Positions 61,025 to 64,000 of a stretch of 64,000 nt of DNA are shown here, piece after piece. This DNA is from Chitinophagales bacterium. GTDB taxonomy: Bacteria; Bacteroidota; Bacteroidia; Chitinophagales; CAIODY01. Where the stretch lies: positions 40,166-104,165 of the forward strand of contig JAPJNH010000042.1 of assembly GCA_026461075.1 (NCBI GenBank), given 5' to 3'. The notes under the pieces are model-generated. The model had not been told where the DNA came from and searched no databases. It worked only from the letters and a program-made list of their open reading frames with translations. The position numbers and the translations under genes are program-made. Position 1 is the first letter of the stretch; every line of letters starts with the position of its first letter.

Positions 61025-62212
61025 ATGGCAAAAGAAACCTTTGTCCGCACGAAACCGCACGTCAATATCGGTACTATTGGTCACGTTGACCACGGTAAAA
61101 CTACATTGACTGCTGCCATTACTAACGTATTGGCTAATCGTGGTCTTGCTCAAAAGCGTGACTATGATTCAATCGATAACGCTCCTGAAGAAAAAGAGCG
61201 TGGTATCACAATTAATACTGCTCACGTAGAATACGAAACAGATAACCGTCACTACGCTCACGTTGACTGTCCAGGTCACGCCGATTACGTTAAGAACATG
61301 GTTACTGGTGCTGCCCAAATGGACGGTGCTATCTTGGTAGTAGCTTCTACTGATGGTCCTATGCCTCAAACTCGTGAACATATCTTGTTGGCTCGCCAGG
61401 TTGGTGTACCAAGAATCGTTGTTTTCATGAATAAAGTTGACTTGGTTGAAGATCCAGAATTATTAGACCTAGTTGAAATGGAAATCCGCGAATTGTTGAA
61501 ATTCTATCAATTCGATGGTGACAATATCTCTATCATCCGTGGTTCTGCTACAGGTGCTTTAGCTGGAGATCCTCAGTTTGTTAAGTCTATCGAAGACTTG
61601 ATGGCTGCTGTAGATAATGATATCCCAGTTCCTGAGCGTGCTGTTGATAAGCCTTTCTTGATGCCAGTTGAGGACGTGTTCTCTATCACTGGTCGTGGTA
61701 CAGTTGCTACTGGCCGTATCGAGCGTGGTGTAATCAACGTAGGTGATCCTGTAGAAATCATTGGTCTTCGCGAAGACGCTATCAAATCAACTTGTACCGG
61801 AGTAGAAATGTTCCGTAAGTTGTTGGATCGTGGTGAAGCTGGTGACAACTGTGGTATCTTGTTGCGTGGTGTTGAAAAATCAGATATCGAGCGCGGTATG
61901 GTTATTTGTGCTCCTGGTTCTATCACTCCTCACACTGAATTCAAATGTGAAGTTTACGTATTGAGCAAAGAAGAAGGTGGACGTCACACTCCATTCTTCA
62001 ACAAGTATCGCCCTCAATTCTACTGCCGTACAACGGACGTAACTGGTGAAGTTTCTTTACCAGAAGGAGTTGAAATGGTTATGCCTGGTGATAACGTAAC
62101 TTTGAACGTTAAGTTGATTGCTAAGGTTGCGATGGAAAAAGGTATGCGCTTTGCGATCCGTGAAGGCGGTCGTACAGTTGGTGCCGGTCAGGTAACTGAA
62201 ATCATCAAGTAA
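61025..62212 (+). CDS. tuf: Elongation factor Tu
   Basis: [14 protein letters not shown] and NKVD motifs. Full-length 395 aa. Confidence 0.98.
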   Translation: MAKETFVRTKPHVNIGTIGHVDHGKTTLTAAITNVLANRGLAQKRDYDSIDNAPEEKERGITINTAHVEYETDNRHYAHVDCPGHADYVKNMVTGAAQMDGAILVVASTDGPMPQTREHILLARQVGVPRIVVFMNKVDLVEDPELLDLVEMEIRELLKFYQFDGDNISIIRGSATGALAGDPQFVKSIEDLMAAVDNDIPVPERAVDKPFLMPVEDVFSITGRGTVATGRIERGVINVGDPVEIIGLREDAIKSTCTGVEMFRKLLDRGEAGDNCGILLRGVEKSDIERGMVICAPGSITPHTEFKCEVYVLSKEEGGRHTPFFNKYRPQFYCRTTDVTGEVSLPEGVEMVMPGDNVTLNVKLIAKVAMEKGMRFAIREGGRTVGAGQVTEIIK

Positions 62213-62230
62213 TCTTGATATAAAAATACT

Positions 62231-62283
62231 AATGGTCATTGCTCGTTAGGTGCTTATCTGATGTTCAATGACCATTATTTTTT
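62231..62283 (+). terminator. Long-loop hairpin plus T-run after tuf
   Basis: AATGGTCATTG-(24 nt)-CAATGACCATT followed by ATTTTTTT. Confidence 0.55.
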
Positions 62284-62357
62284 ACGGGCATAGTTCAACG
62301 GCAGAATTGTGGTCTCCAAAACCTCCGATCTAGGTTCGAATCCTGGTGCCCGTGCCA
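62284..62357 (+). tRNA. tRNA-Trp (anticodon CCA), CCA end encoded
   Basis: ACGGGCA/TGCCCGT acceptor stem, anticodon loop CTCCAAA, T-loop GGTTCGAATCC. Confidence 0.9.
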
Positions 62358-62412
62358 ACAAAATTTAGCGTTTCTCCGGAAATTTATTATCTTCGCTAAA
62401 AGTCTTATTCTT

Positions 62413-62610
62413 ATGTTTCAACGTTTGAAAAATTATACCGCAGAATCTTATAATGAACTGATGCATAAAGTGTCTTGGCCTACTTGGCAAGAATTGCAAA
62501 GTTCAGTAATCGTAGTAGCTGTTGCGTCTGTCGTAGTAGCTGTTTTGGTATCTTTAATGGATGGCGGCTCCCATTTGATTCTCGATACCTTCTATCAATT
62601 ATTTAAATAG
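62413..62610 (+). CDS. secE: Preprotein translocase subunit SecE
   Basis: 65 aa, single C-terminal TM helix, KVSWPTW motif. Canonical position between tRNA-Trp and nusG. Confidence 0.85.
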   Translation: MFQRLKNYTAESYNELMHKVSWPTWQELQSSVIVVAVASVVVAVLVSLMDGGSHLILDTFYQLFK

Positions 62611-62622
62611 TATCGATCCAAT

Positions 62623-63186
62623 ATGGAAGCTTTGACTAGTGAAAAAAAATGGTTCGTTCTTCGTGTCGTAAGTGGCAAGGAAAAGAAAGCCAAAGAATAT
62701 ATTGATAAAGAAATCTCTCGCTCTAACTGGAACGAGATTATCTCTCAGGTTTTCTTGCCAATGGAGAAAGTTTACAAAATTGTAAACGGTAAGAAAGTTA
62801 TCAAAGAACGTAACTTCTATCCTGGATACCTTTTGATTGAAGCGGATGAATTCAAAATGAACTCTGAAATCATTCTTACTATTAAAAATATCTCTGGTAT
62901 CATCAATTTCTTGGGTAATAACCGCCCAACTCCACTACGTAAATCAGAAGTAAATAAAATCTTAGGTATCGCCGACGATTCTATCGAAGCTGGCGTACAA
63001 ATGGATGAACCGTACTTAGTTGGTGAATCAGTAAAAATCACCGACGGTCCTTTCAATACCTTTACCGGTACTATTGAGGAGGTTTCTGAAGATAAGAAGC
63101 GTCTAAAAGTGAATGTATTAATCTTCGGTCGTAAAACGCCTTTAGAATTGACCTTCACCCAAGTTGAAAAACTAGATAAGCAATAA
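62623..63186 (+). CDS. nusG: Transcription termination/antitermination factor NusG
   Basis: NGN domain (KWFVLRVVSGKEKK) and KOW motif (GESVKITDGPFNTFTGTIEEV). Confidence 0.95.
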   Translation: MEALTSEKKWFVLRVVSGKEKKAKEYIDKEISRSNWNEIISQVFLPMEKVYKIVNGKKVIKERNFYPGYLLIEADEFKMNSEIILTIKNISGIINFLGNNRPTPLRKSEVNKILGIADDSIEAGVQMDEPYLVGESVKITDGPFNTFTGTIEEVSEDKKRLKVNVLIFGRKTPLELTFTQVEKLDKQ

Positions 63187-63206
63187 TTGCTTTCCAATAA
63201 TAAAAA

Positions 63207-63240
63207 AGCCTGATTCTTAAGAGTCAGGCTTTTTGTTTTT
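63207..63240 (+). terminator. Rho-independent terminator after nusG
   Basis: AGCCTGA..TCAGGCT stem preceded by A6 and followed by a T-rich tract (TTTTTGTTTTT). Confidence 0.7.
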
Positions 63241-63376
63241 AAGAATGATATTAAATCCTAAAACCACGATACACAAAAAATTCCGCCTCTTTCGAAGCGG
63301 GATTTTTTTATATGTATCAAAAGCTAAATTATGCTTCTGGAGTAGGAGGGTAAGCCATTCCTGCTTTAGCTACAAA

Positions 63377-64000
63377 TTATCTTGTTACAATAAATTTAAA
63401 GGACTTTTGTTCCTTTCCATTTGATAAATTACAAACGTAAGTGCCGAAACTTAAATTCTCCAAAGAATAATTATATTCTGATGCTGGGTTGGAAGGGATA
63501 GTTTCAAGTTTTTCTAATTTGCCATCTATTGAATATAAGGTCATAGTGTTTGAATAATCGAAAGAGCCTTGGAAACGCAATTTTAAGTTCTTGCCATTTG
63601 CTTCATAATATACCTTAATCTCATTCGCACTTATAGGTTCGATCATCTTATTTGGTAAAGAATAGTGTTTTACAGAACCAAGTAAATAGGAGTTTTCCGT
63701 TGGGATGATATTGTTTTCTGTGGATCCAGTTTCGGATAAAATATTTTGCTCGCCTAAGTCTATTAAAGAAACATCGTCAATAAAATGGAATGATTGATGT
63801 ACAAGTGAAGCACCTGCATTCGCATTTTTTATCGAAGCCCATTTGATGTAGGTGTCTTTTTGAAAGTAGCCTAATTCTAAATAAGTATAAGCAGAATCAG
63901 CTACAAATTTTTGTTTTAATAGAACCCAGTTGCTCGTGTCGGTGATTAAAGTATCGAAGACGAATGCTTTGCTAGGATTATCCATCCATGGAACATCATT
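63377..64000 (-). CDS. T9SS cargo protein, 5' end outside the window
   Basis: The frame stays open through nt 64000. The C-terminal ~80 aa looks like a T9SS-type sorting tail (beta-sandwich-like, ...GTYVCNLSNGKEQKSFKFIVTR). Confidence 0.65.
   Translation of the reverse strand, partial: NDVPWMDNPSKAFVFDTLITDTSNWVLLKQKFVADSAYTYLELGYFQKDTYIKWASIKNANAGASLVHQSFHFIDDVSLIDLGEQNILSETGSTENNIIPTENSYLLGSVKHYSLPNKMIEPISANEIKVYYEANGKNLKLRFQGSFDYSNTMTLYSIDGKLEKLETIPSNPASEYNYSLENLSFGTYVCNLSNGKEQKSFKFIVTR

Overview
This window looks like a chromosomal segment from a member of the Bacteroidota. The evidence is six ORFs ending in T9SS-type C-terminal sorting domains, TTTG/TAnnTTTG promoter boxes, and the conserved blocks rpsU-xerC-hpf and tRNA(Thr-Tyr-Gly-Thr)-tuf-tRNA(Trp)-secE-nusG. 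Most of it is ordinary core genome: guaA (5' partial), purM, holA, ispD, lipB, mqnA, RNase P RNA, MlaEF-type ABC transporter, TolC, TonB-dependent receptor, APC permease, M1 and M49 peptidases, PolX. The exception is about 11.8-20.4 kb, a visibly AT-richer mosaic. (i) A lone WbqC-family gene is bracketed by an 84-bp direct duplication of the 3' end of the neighbouring serine-hydrolase gene. All 4 differences between the two copies are silent. (ii) About 6.1 kb carrying only T9SS cargo genes is bracketed by 98-bp direct repeats (93/98 identical). The right-hand repeat abuts and overlaps the 3' end of an intact tRNA-Lys(UUU). A third internal copy carries the last 20 nt of that tRNA and sits exactly where one cargo gene loses its 5' end. 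No integrase, transposase or conjugation gene is visible, so these look like decayed or cis-mobilisable integrated elements. Other non-obvious items are a 290-bp intergenic cluster of nested GC-rich palindromes (29.5-29.8 kb), a 58-aa PspC-domain gene missing from the ORF track, an M1 aminopeptidase fused to a large C-terminal extension that may be a beta-barrel, and a FIST/PAS-kinase/receiver signalling cassette. I found no CRISPR array, transposase, phage genes or recognisable defence system. All functional calls come from reading motifs by eye, with no database search.
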